A stretch of DNA of 64,000 bases from Patescibacteria group bacterium (GTDB lineage Bacteria; Patescibacteriota; Minisyncoccia; Minisyncoccales; JAHCRE01): contig JAHCRF010000002.1 in the NCBI GenBank assembly GCA_020148055.1, forward strand, positions 28,138 through 92,137. Direction: 5' to 3'. Both the position numbers and the translations under genes were made by a program. Shown one piece after another: positions 26,286 to 34,391 of the stretch. The notes under the pieces were generated by a model. The model saw only the letters and a list, made by a program, of their open reading frames with translations. It made no database searches and was not told the DNA's origin. The first letter of the stretch is position 1; each line of letters begins with the position of its first letter.

Positions 26286-26364
26286 ATTCTATTAAAATTG
26301 GAAAGATAGTCAACTTTTAAGAGAATACTTTAATTATTTTAAGATTTTATTCTTCAAAAGTCAA
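26286..26364 (-). promoter_or_regulatory. two candidate sigma70-type promoters for tuf (and the downstream r-protein genes)
   Basis: Minus strand TTGACT (26364-26359) -17 nt- TAAAAT (26341-26336), and TTGACT (26313-26308) -16 nt- TAGAAT (26291-26286). Confidence 0.35.
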
Positions 26365-26410
26365 CAACTCAAATTTATTCTAACATTTATTTTAAAAAAA
26401 GAAAAGAGAT

Positions 26411-27619
26411 CTAAGGTAGAAAGATTCTAAATATCTTTTTTAATCGAGAGGTGATTTTTTTCCCAAAGGCAGGAAAAGTTCTTTCAGTCTCAAGATCGGT
26501 TCCTAAAAGAACTAAACCACAAACAGTTGATAGTTCTGGATCTTCTAAAGGAGAAGAAAATCCCTGAGGAGTTCCGATTCGACAGGGCAACCTTAGTTCT
26601 TTTTTAGCTAAATCTTTGATTTTTGGCAACTTTGCTCCCCCACCAGTTAAAACTACACCTCCGGGAAGTAAAGCTCGACGGGAAATTTTCTTTAATTCTC
26701 TATTAATTTCTCCAAAAATCTCGGAAACTCTAGCTTCAATAATTCGACTCAACATCTTTTGAGAAAAAATCAAAGTCTCTCCAGAAACGGTCTCAACTCT
26801 TTTCTTCTTATCAGCTCCTTTAAAAATACAAACGCCTGACTCTAATTTTACTTTTTCAGCCGTATCAATATCACATCTAAGACCAATGGCAATATCACTG
26901 GTAATGTGGGTGGAACCAATTGGTAAAATAGTCGTCTGGATTAAACCACCCTCTTCAAATACAGCTAACCCAGTAGTCCCCGCCCCAATATCCAAAAGAG
27001 CCACCCCCAGTTCTTTTTCTCGAGGAGTTAAAACTGCTCTTGAACTAGCTAAGGGAGTTAAAATTAAATCATCAATCTGAAAGCCGGCATCTAAAACAGC
27101 CTGAGTCAAATTTTTTAAATAAGGAGAAAAACCTCCGAGAACCAAAACTTCCACCTCCAACCTCACTCCTTTCATTCCTAAAGGTTCTTTTATCCTTTTT
27201 TCACCATCAACAGTAAATTCTTTTGGGAAAACCGATAAAATTTCTTTATTTGAAGGAAGAGAAAAGGTCTGGGCAGCCTGAAGCACCCTCTCAATATCCT
27301 CCTGAGAGATCTTCTGATCAGCTCTAGAAACTGAGATTAGGCCATGGGAAGTGGTAGAAAAAATGTGAGCTCCCCCAACATTAGTAAAAACTGATTTGAT
27401 TTTTTTATTAGAAATTTCTTGGACTTTATCAAGAGAAGATTTGATGATATCAGCCACCTCTTCAGTATTAATCACTACACCTTTTCTCACACCCGAGGAA
27501 ATCTCTTTACTTTGACCTAAAACCTCAAGATCCAATTCACTTGATTTTTTTTGGCAAAGTAAAGTTTTTATAGTTCTTGTTCCAATATCTAAACCGGTTA
27601 TGATATGAGTTTTAGCCAT
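26411..27619 (-). CDS. ftsA: cell division protein FtsA
   Basis: ITGLDIGTRTIKTLL, ALLDIGAGTTGLAVF, VVLTGGGAKLPKIKDLAKKEL. Confidence 0.85.
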   Translation of the reverse strand: MAKTHIITGLDIGTRTIKTLLCQKKSSELDLEVLGQSKEISSGVRKGVVINTEEVADIIKSSLDKVQEISNKKIKSVFTNVGGAHIFSTTSHGLISVSRADQKISQEDIERVLQAAQTFSLPSNKEILSVFPKEFTVDGEKRIKEPLGMKGVRLEVEVLVLGGFSPYLKNLTQAVLDAGFQIDDLILTPLASSRAVLTPREKELGVALLDIGAGTTGLAVFEEGGLIQTTILPIGSTHITSDIAIGLRCDIDTAEKVKLESGVCIFKGADKKKRVETVSGETLIFSQKMLSRIIEARVSEIFGEINRELKKISRRALLPGGVVLTGGGAKLPKIKDLAKKELRLPCRIGTPQGFSSPLEDPELSTVCGLVLLGTDLETERTFPAFGKKITSRLKKIFRIFLP

Positions 27620-27655
27620 TGCTACATTGCTAAAAATTAAATTACAACATCAAAA

Positions 27656-28135
27656 TTAAAAAACTTTTGAAAGGTAATATTTCTGCTTTTTTCCCATCTC
27701 TTTTGCTTTTTCTTCAGAAATTTCATGGTCGTATCCTAAAAGATGCAAAATTCCGTGGATTAAACAGGTGGCTAATTCTTTCTTAAAAGTTGATTCAAAT
27801 CTTTTAGCATTTTTTTTCACCTCTCTTAAACAAATAACTATTTCGCCTAATCCTCTAAGAGATTTTGGAATTTGGAATTTGGACTCCAACCCACCCGCCA
27901 CCCTCCCGCTTCCGCGGGCCCCATTTGGAATTTTGTTTTCGCTGAAGGCAAGCACATCGGTCACCCGATTTTTCCCCCGATATCTCTTATTCAACTTTCT
28001 CATTCTTCCTTGGCCAATCAAGGCAATAGATAATCCTGATTTTTCTTTTCCTTCACCCTTTAAAACTTTTTGAGCGAGTTTTTTAAAAGAATTTTCATCA
28101 ACCAGATTAGCAGTTAAATTATTAATTTCAATCAT
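27656..28135 (-). CDS. ybeY: rRNA maturation endoribonuclease YbeY
   Basis: TDVLAF...GEIVIC...HGILHLLGYDH (HxxxHxxxxxH zinc site). Confidence 0.9.
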   Translation of the reverse strand: MIEINNLTANLVDENSFKKLAQKVLKGEGKEKSGLSIALIGQGRMRKLNKRYRGKNRVTDVLAFSENKIPNGARGSGRVAGGLESKFQIPKSLRGLGEIVICLREVKKNAKRFESTFKKELATCLIHGILHLLGYDHEISEEKAKEMGKKQKYYLSKVF

Positions 28136-28191
28136 AACACATTAAAAAACTTATTTCGCAATAGCAAATTTAGCTATTCAATATATTTCAA

Positions 28192-28692
28192 TTAAGGGCC
28201 TAATAATTCTTTTACTATTTTACTTACCAAGCCCCCTTCTGCCTTACCTTTTACTTTTGGCATCAAAACTCCCATTACCCTGCCTATATCTTTAATATTA
28301 ATAGCCCCAATTTCCTCAATTATTTCTTCTGCCAGTCTTTTAATCTCCTCTTCAGAAAGAAGTCCTGGTAAATATTTCTTTAAAATTTCCATTTCCCTTT
28401 TTTCTTTTTCTACCAGATCCATCCTTTCCCCTTTTTTAAATTCTACTATTGCCTCTTTTCTCTTTTTTACTTCAGAAAAGATTACTTCGATTATCTCTTC
28501 ATCTGTTAATTGACTTTCTTTTTCCAAATCTTTTTCTTTTAAATTCGGTTTCTCCTTACTTAATTTATATCTTTTCTTTTTTTCCCGATTTAAGATAGCG
28601 GCATTTAACATCCTTAAGGTTGAAATTTCAATTTCTTTTTTTTCCTTTAAGATTTTTTTAAAATCTTTTCGAATTTTTTCTTTTAAGGTCAT
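28192..28692 (-). CDS. GatB/YqeY domain protein
   Basis: ISTLRMLNAAILNREK...LTDEEIIEVIFSEVKKRKEAIVEFKKGERMDLVEKEKREMEILKKYLP...DIGRVMGVLMPKVKGKAEGGLVSKIVKELL. Confidence 0.8.
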   Translation of the reverse strand: MTLKEKIRKDFKKILKEKKEIEISTLRMLNAAILNREKKKRYKLSKEKPNLKEKDLEKESQLTDEEIIEVIFSEVKKRKEAIVEFKKGERMDLVEKEKREMEILKKYLPGLLSEEEIKRLAEEIIEEIGAINIKDIGRVMGVLMPKVKGKAEGGLVSKIVKELLGP

Positions 28693-28703
28693 TTACCGTT
28701 AGA

Positions 28704-28838
28704 GCAAAGGAAATAATTTTTAGGAGCATCTGGAGCCGAGCGGGCACGGTGTCGCCGAAGGCGACGAGCGAGGCGAGGAAAGGAACGAGCGAGCGCGCTG
28801 GGCGAGTGAGCGTATCCTAAAAATTAGCTTCCCGAGCA
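28704..28838 (-). repeat. ~135-nt structured intergenic element, copy C (rpsU / yqeY-like spacer)
   Basis: gcaaaggaaataatttttaggagcatctggag...gtcgccgaaggcgac...cgaggaaaggaac...gcgctgggcga...gcgtatcctaaaaattagcttcccgagca; fills 135 of the 147 spacer nt. Confidence 0.75.
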
Positions 28839-28839
28839 C

Positions 28840-29061
28840 TCATTTTTTAAGTTTTCCTAATTTTCTCAATTTTTCGTATTCTTTTTTTAACTCCTCTCTT
28901 CTGAGAGCTGCTCTTCTTTTAGCTTCCCCGGATTTTTTTCTTTGTTTAAATCTTATTTTTCTTTTCCGGACCAAAATCCCGCTTTCTTTAATACTTCTTG
29001 TAAAGCGGCGAACTAAACTATGAGAGCTCTCTTTTCCTCGACGATGAATTTTCAAAGCCAT
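28840..29061 (-). CDS. rpsU: 30S ribosomal protein S21
   Basis: MALKIHRRGKESSHSLVRRFTRSIKESGILVRKRKIRFKQRKKSGEAKR. The internal ATG 29061 is chosen because the track ORF start overlaps the HIT gene. Confidence 0.85.
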   Translation of the reverse strand: MALKIHRRGKESSHSLVRRFTRSIKESGILVRKRKIRFKQRKKSGEAKRRAALRREELKKEYEKLRKLGKLKK

Positions 29062-29068
29062 GTTAAAA

Positions 29069-29407
29069 TTAAATATTGTGCATTGGAATTTTATCCTTCC
29101 AGCCACCTAAGAGATGCAAATGGATATGGGTAATGTGTCCGGTTTTACCTACATTGAAGATGAGTTTATAAGCTTCGTCAATCTTTTGTTGAACAGCAAT
29201 TTTCTTAGCAACAGAGATAAGTCTGGCCAACAGCTGTAAATCTTTTTGATCAAACTCACCTTTCCATTCAACGTGTCTTTTTGGTATAAAAAGTAAATGA
29301 ACAGGAGCTTCTGGCTGGATATTCTCGAGACCTAAAATTTCTTCATCTTCATAAACAATATCTGAAGGGGTTTCTTTCTTAATAATTTTACAGAATAAGC
29401 AATCCAT
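29069..29407 (-). CDS. HIT (histidine triad) family protein
   Basis: CLFCKII...PEAPVHLLFIPKRH...GHITHIHLHLLGG. Confidence 0.9.
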   Translation of the reverse strand: MDCLFCKIIKKETPSDIVYEDEEILGLENIQPEAPVHLLFIPKRHVEWKGEFDQKDLQLLARLISVAKKIAVQQKIDEAYKLIFNVGKTGHITHIHLHLLGGWKDKIPMHNI

Positions 29408-29415
29408 AAAGTTTT

Positions 29416-29506
29416 AATGTCAAATGTCAAAGCTCAAATGTCAAAAATCGTTTCGGATTTTGGATTTTGACATTAATTTGAAATTTGGATTTTGTCATTT
29501 GGATTT
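29416..29506. repeat. period-7 repeat hairpin filling the hisS / HIT spacer
   Basis: aatgtca/aatgtca/aagctca/aatgtca/aaaatcg versus tttcgga/ttttgga/ttttgac/attaatt/tgaaatt/tggattt/tgtcatt/tggattt. Confidence 0.55.
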
Positions 29507-30805
29507 AAGACGACGCTTCATCACCTTAACTATCTTGTCTAACTTTACTAATTCCTGGCTTCCGGTTTTCATATTTCGAATCATTATTGTTCCTTCCAGG
29601 GTTTCTTTTTGTCCTAAAATTAGAGTGAATTTTACTCCCATCCGATTCGCTCTGTTTAACTGAGCCTTTAAAGAATCTCGGCCAAAAGATTCAGTAACTT
29701 CAATTTTCGCTTTTCTAAATTCTTCAATAATTTTTAAACTCTTACGCTTGGCCAGATTACCAATCTGAGCTAAAAATATTTTAGGTTTAGGAAATGAACT
29801 AAGTCTTATCTTTTTCCCCTTCATTAAATTTATGATTCTTTCAATCCCAGCCGATCCTCCACAAGCAGGAACATCTTTTCTACCCAAAAGTTTAACTAAA
29901 GTATCATATCTCCCTCCTCCAACTAATACTCCCTGTTTTCGGCCCTCTTCAGTATCTTCAAAAATTTCAAAGACCGTTTTAGTATAATAATCTAATCCGC
30001 GAACTAAATAGGGATTTAATCGATAGGGAAGCTCCAGTGTATCTAAAAACTCCAAAACTTCCTTAAAATGCCAATGACATTCCTTGCAAAGATGATCAAT
30101 TAGCTGGGGAGCCTGAGCTTTAATTGGCTGACATTTTTCTTCTTTACAATCTAAAACTCTTAAAGGATTTTCTCTTAACCTTCTCCGGCAATTAGCACAT
30201 AAACTGGCTTCTCTCGATCTAAAATAGCTTGTCAAAAGTTTTTTATAATAAGGCCTACACTGAGAATCTCCAATGCTATTTATTTCAATAATTAAATTTT
30301 TAAATTTGAGAGTTTTTAAAATTTGGAAAAAAATTTGAATAATCTGAGCATCAACTATCGGACTCTTTTCTCCCAAAGTTTCAAAGCCAAATTGATGGAA
30401 TTGGCGATATCTACCGGCCTGAGGACGTTCATAGCGAAAAAAGGGACCAAAATACCAAAGTTTTACTGGTTGAGGAAGATTGAACATTCCATTTTCAATG
30501 AAAGATCTGACTATTGGAGCTGTCCCTTCCGGTCTTAAAGTCAAGAAATCCCCGCCTCTACTTTTGAAACTATACATTTGTTTTTGGACAATATCAGTGG
30601 AAAGACCAATTCCTCTTGAAAATAGCTCAGTTTCCTCTAAAATTGGGGTATCAATTTTTTCAAATCGATAGAAATTGGCAATTTCTTCCACGACATTATA
30701 AATTTTTTTAAAATAGCGTTGATTTTCAAATAAGATATCGTGCATTCCAGCAGGTTTCTGAAATTTTGATCTTTTTGTTTGTTTAAATTCTTTTTCCATA
30801 ATCAA
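29495..30805 (-). CDS. hisS: histidine--tRNA ligase
   Basis: GMHDILF, LRPEGTAPIVR, FRYERPQAGRYRQFHQFGFE, GGGRYD, C-terminal anticodon-binding domain. Confidence 0.93.
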   Translation of the reverse strand: MIMEKEFKQTKRSKFQKPAGMHDILFENQRYFKKIYNVVEEIANFYRFEKIDTPILEETELFSRGIGLSTDIVQKQMYSFKSRGGDFLTLRPEGTAPIVRSFIENGMFNLPQPVKLWYFGPFFRYERPQAGRYRQFHQFGFETLGEKSPIVDAQIIQIFFQILKTLKFKNLIIEINSIGDSQCRPYYKKLLTSYFRSREASLCANCRRRLRENPLRVLDCKEEKCQPIKAQAPQLIDHLCKECHWHFKEVLEFLDTLELPYRLNPYLVRGLDYYTKTVFEIFEDTEEGRKQGVLVGGGRYDTLVKLLGRKDVPACGGSAGIERIINLMKGKKIRLSSFPKPKIFLAQIGNLAKRKSLKIIEEFRKAKIEVTESFGRDSLKAQLNRANRMGVKFTLILGQKETLEGTIMIRNMKTGSQELVKLDKIVKVMKRRLKSK

Positions 30806-31362
30806 GGAGTTTCATAATTGGGTTCCTCAATTAAAGCTAAAGCTGTAATTGGCCAAGCCCTGAAGAATACCCGGCCAATAATATTTTCCCTAGACAATGG
30901 TCCCCAGCTCCTGGAATCAGCTGAAAGTCGCCGGTTATCTCCTAAGACAAAAAATCCATTTTCGGCCAAGGTGATCCGGAGATTGCCGGGAGTCTTTAAA
31001 GACTCTAGAAGATAGCTGGATTCATCTAATATTTGAGTTTTATCATCTTTAGTTATTGTTACTTCACCGCCCTTTATCTCCACCGTTTCCCCAGGCAAAC
31101 CAATAATTCTTTTAATGAAGCGCTGGGAAGGGTTTTGAGGGTATTTAAAAACTACCACCTCTCCTCTTTCAGGTTCTCTAAACCGGTAAGAAATTTCATC
31201 AATAATTAAATAATCGCTGTTTTGAAAAGTAGGTTCCATTGATTGACCTTTAACTAAAAAAGGTTGAAACAAAAAATAGCGAATTGGAACAACTATCACT
31301 AAGGCCAGGAGAATAATTTTAAATATCTCCCAGATGAATATGAAAAAATTCTTCAATTTCAT
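30802..31362 (-). CDS. lepB: signal peptidase I
   Basis: VKGQSMEPTF (catalytic Ser), IKRIIGLPGE (Lys box), VLGDNRRLSADSR. Confidence 0.9.
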   Translation of the reverse strand: MKLKNFFIFIWEIFKIILLALVIVVPIRYFLFQPFLVKGQSMEPTFQNSDYLIIDEISYRFREPERGEVVVFKYPQNPSQRFIKRIIGLPGETVEIKGGEVTITKDDKTQILDESSYLLESLKTPGNLRITLAENGFFVLGDNRRLSADSRSWGPLSRENIIGRVFFRAWPITALALIEEPNYETP

Positions 31363-31416
31363 ATTTCTAATTATAGCAAAATTTTTTAGTTTTACAAGAT
31401 TAAACTATAATTAAAT

Positions 31417-31992
31417 ATGATACTTATTATCGGTCTTGGCAATCCCGGGGAAGAATTTAAGAAAACCCGACATAATCTTGGTTTTCGAGTTGTTAATCAA
31501 TTCGTGAAAGAAAAGAAATTCTTGAAATTTAAATTTTCAAAAAAATTCAATTCTTTAATTTCTGAAGGATTTTTAGATAAGAAAAAAACAGCTTTAGCTA
31601 AACCTCAAACTTTTATGAATGAATCAGGAAAAGCAGTAAAAAAATTGTTTACTGTTTACTGTTCACTATTGACTGATTTGTGGGTGATTCATGATGATGT
31701 TGACTTGCTTTTAGGAAAAATAAAAATTGTCAAAAATCGTGGAGCAGCTGGCCACAAAGGAGTTAAATCGATAATTAACGAACTAGGGACAAAAAACTTT
31801 GTGAGATTTAGAGTTGGAATTAAACCACAGAGAACAGAGAACAGAAAACAGAAAACAGAAAAGTTTGTTCTTCAAAAATTTACAAAAGAAGAAGAAAAAA
31901 TTATAAAGAAAGTTATTAAAAAAGGCTGTCTGGCAATTAAGATAGCGATAACCGAAGGAATTGAAAAAGCAATGAATCGGTTTAATAAATAA
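31417..31992 (+). CDS. pth: peptidyl-tRNA hydrolase
   Basis: LIIGLGNPGEEFKKTRHNLGF...PQTFMNESG...VIHDDVDL...GAAGHKGVKS. Confidence 0.93.
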   Translation: MILIIGLGNPGEEFKKTRHNLGFRVVNQFVKEKKFLKFKFSKKFNSLISEGFLDKKKTALAKPQTFMNESGKAVKKLFTVYCSLLTDLWVIHDDVDLLLGKIKIVKNRGAAGHKGVKSIINELGTKNFVRFRVGIKPQRTENRKQKTEKFVLQKFTKEEEKIIKKVIKKGCLAIKIAITEGIEKAMNRFNK

Positions 31993-32060
31993 AAAATCGA
32001 GTAAGATTTTCTTTTACTCGACAGAAAATGGGGAAAGAGAACAAATAAAACTTTATATCC

Positions 32061-32305
32061 AATCCCGCCCTCCGGTCTATCTGCGAGCCCCGTAATGAAA
32101 ATACATTAGTATTTTACCACGAGCTTCACCCTTTAGTAAAAATTTACTACGGGCGAGCGCTATAATTAAAGGAAGATTACTTCCTAACCGTAGCTAGGGC
32201 TCGATAAGGTTTTCAGGAGGGATAACCCTATTCTTTTCATTTATTAAAACTTCAAAGAAATTTTAATAAGCGGAGCCACTCGCAGATAGGCTGGAAGGTG
32301 GAATC
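32061..32305. ncRNA. candidate structured RNA (or MITE-like inverted-repeat element), family unknown
   Basis: 32061-32087 pairs with 32279-32305 (22 Watson-Crick, 3 G-U on the plus strand, 2 C-A). Internal hairpins include TTATTAAAA-10 nt-TTTTAATAA, GGAAG-atta-CTTCC, AGGG-ataa-CCCT and AAAATAC-atta-GTATTTT. By eye it is G+C-richer than its surroundings. Confidence 0.4.
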
Positions 32306-32382
32306 TTATTCAATTTATATTATAAAAAATAAAAGTTAATTTGTCAAGCCCCCTTCTGCCGGTTTCATTGGTGGGGGTTAAG

Positions 32383-34335
32383 ATGATAAAAGAAAAAAAT
32401 CTAAATCGAGTTTTAATTGTTAGTATAATCCCCTATTTTTTAGAAAAGGGAAGTTTTTGGTTTGAAGAAAATTTTGAAAAAATTTTACAAATAAGAAAAG
32501 TTCAAAGCTGGTGGCAAGATAATACTTTAATTCCAGAAGAAAATCAAATTTTTAATTTTTCTCAATTTTTAAGAAAATTAGATGAATTAGGTTATGAAAA
32601 AGTTTATAAAGTCGGGGGTATTGGTGAATTTTCTCAAAGAGGAGGAATCATTGAGGTCTTTCCAATAAATTTGAATTTTCCTTTAAGATTTGAATTTTTA
32701 GGAAATAAAATTTTAGAAATCGAGAGATTAAAAATTGAAGTTAAAAATGAGAAGGAGGTAAAAGAAAGATTAAAGAAAAAATTAAAATATCAAAAAATTT
32801 ATTCTCAGTTAGATCATTTAAAAACAGGGGATTTTTTGGTCCACTTAGATCACGGAATTGGAATTTACAATCAGCAATTAACAATTAATAATCAACAATA
32901 TCACCAACTCGAATACGCGGAAGGTGACAGACTATATGTCCCAGTAGGATTGGAGAGAAAATTATCAAGATACATAGGCTTTACTCAGCCAAAAATTTCT
33001 AGATTAGGCAGTCCTCTTTGGCAGAGAACAAAGAAAAAAATTAAGGAAGAAGCTGAAAAACTGGCTAAAGAACTTTTAGAGATCGCAACCATTAGAGAAA
33101 TTGCCACCCGCCCCCCTTATTTGCCTTCTAATGAAATTGATTTTCAATTGGCATCGGGCTTTCAATATACCGAAACTCCAGACCAAATCCAAGTAATTGA
33201 AGAAATAGAAAAAGATTTAGAAAAAAATCGACCAATCGATAGATTGATTTGTGGTGACGTTGGTTTTGGAAAAACTGAAATTGCTTTAAGAACAATGATA
33301 AGAGTGGTGAACTCAGGCTATCAGGCAGTGATGATTTGCCCGACGACAATCTTAGCCAATCAACATTTCCAAAATTTTAAAGAAAGGTTAAAAAATCTCC
33401 CAGTGAAAATCAATTTACTTTCAAGATTACAATTGAAAAGAGAACAAAAGGAAATAATCAAAAAATTAAGAGAAGGAAAAATTGACATTATAATTGGCAC
33501 TCACCGAATTTTATCAAAAGATGTAGCATTTAAAAATTTAGGGATCTTAATTATTGATGACGAGCAAAGGTTTGGAGTCAGACAAAAAGAGAAATTGAGA
33601 AAGATACGTTCATCTCTTGATGTTCTTTCACTTTCTGCCACTCCAATCCCCAGAACCTTATATTTAGCCCTATCTTCTTTAAAGAAAATTTCTTTAATCC
33701 AAACTCCACCAGTAGGCCGATTACCGGTTAAAACTTTTATTTTACCCTGGTCAGAAAAAGTTATTAAAGAGGCAATTGAAAACGAAATTTCAAGAGGAGG
33801 TCAGATTTATTATTTACACAATAGAATTGAAACAATTGGGGTAGTCAAAAATCTTTTGGAAAATTTAGTTCCCGGGGCAAGAATTGGCATCGCCCATGGT
33901 AGGTTAAGGGAAAAAGAACTGATAAAAGTAATGACTAAATTTCAAAATAAAATTATTAATGTTTTAGTTGCTACCACTATAATTGAAAATGGTCTTGATT
34001 TTCCTAATGTTAATACCTTAATTGTTGCTGATGGAACGAGATTAGGTTTAGCTGAGGCATATCAAATAAGAGGAAGAGTTGGTAGGTCTCATATCAAGGC
34101 TTTTGCCTATTTTCTCTATGGCAGAAATCTTTCAGAGAAAGCAAAAATGAGATTAAAAGCCCTAAAGGAAGCTGAAGCCCTGGGTTCCGGTTATAGAATT
34201 GCCTTAAAAGATTTGGAAATTCGAGGAGCTGGAAATATTTTGGGAAGGGAACAATCTGGAAATATAAATCAGGTGGGATTAAATTTATATTGCCAAATGT
34301 TATCTGAAGCTATCGAAAAATTAAAACCGAAATAA
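32383..34335 (+). CDS. mfd: transcription-repair coupling factor, short form (650 aa; lacks N-terminal UvrB-homology module and C-terminal domain)
   Basis: RNAP-interaction/CarD-like GDFLVHLDHGIGIY, helicase motifs GDVGFGKTE, DDEQRFG, SATPIPRTL, QIRGRVGR. ATG 32383 is preferred over TTG 32341 (purine-rich GGTGGGGG 6 nt upstream). Confidence 0.85.
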   Translation: MIKEKNLNRVLIVSIIPYFLEKGSFWFEENFEKILQIRKVQSWWQDNTLIPEENQIFNFSQFLRKLDELGYEKVYKVGGIGEFSQRGGIIEVFPINLNFPLRFEFLGNKILEIERLKIEVKNEKEVKERLKKKLKYQKIYSQLDHLKTGDFLVHLDHGIGIYNQQLTINNQQYHQLEYAEGDRLYVPVGLERKLSRYIGFTQPKISRLGSPLWQRTKKKIKEEAEKLAKELLEIATIREIATRPPYLPSNEIDFQLASGFQYTETPDQIQVIEEIEKDLEKNRPIDRLICGDVGFGKTEIALRTMIRVVNSGYQAVMICPTTILANQHFQNFKERLKNLPVKINLLSRLQLKREQKEIIKKLREGKIDIIIGTHRILSKDVAFKNLGILIIDDEQRFGVRQKEKLRKIRSSLDVLSLSATPIPRTLYLALSSLKKISLIQTPPVGRLPVKTFILPWSEKVIKEAIENEISRGGQIYYLHNRIETIGVVKNLLENLVPGARIGIAHGRLREKELIKVMTKFQNKIINVLVATTIIENGLDFPNVNTLIVADGTRLGLAEAYQIRGRVGRSHIKAFAYFLYGRNLSEKAKMRLKALKEAEALGSGYRIALKDLEIRGAGNILGREQSGNINQVGLNLYCQMLSEAIEKLKPK

Positions 34336-34391
34336 AAAAGAGCCAAGTTTCAAGATTTGTAAACTTTAAATTTAATGATAGACTTGTTCTA

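Noticed and set aside
28228-28243. 16-nt exact match caagcccccttctgcc shared with 32345-32360 (upstream of mfd)
   Set aside because: It is a single short match. One copy is ordinary coding sequence (AEGGL of the YqeY-like protein), and there is no extended similarity around it. Treated as chance.
31383-31411. Promoter for pth
   Set aside because: A good TATAAT (31406-31411) is present, but the -35 region is only TTTTTA/TTTTAG. It is too weak to list as a feature and is noted only in connection with leaderless geometry.
32061-32305. RNase P RNA, tmRNA, SRP RNA, 6S RNA or a known riboswitch
   Set aside because: The universal motifs are absent on both strands: GAGGAAAGUCC and ACAGAAnnnGGCUUA for RNase P, a tRNA-like T-arm/CCA for tmRNA, and a GGAA-capped helix 8 for SRP. 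The multi-branched interior does not fit the single long 6S helix. It is kept only as an unknown candidate.
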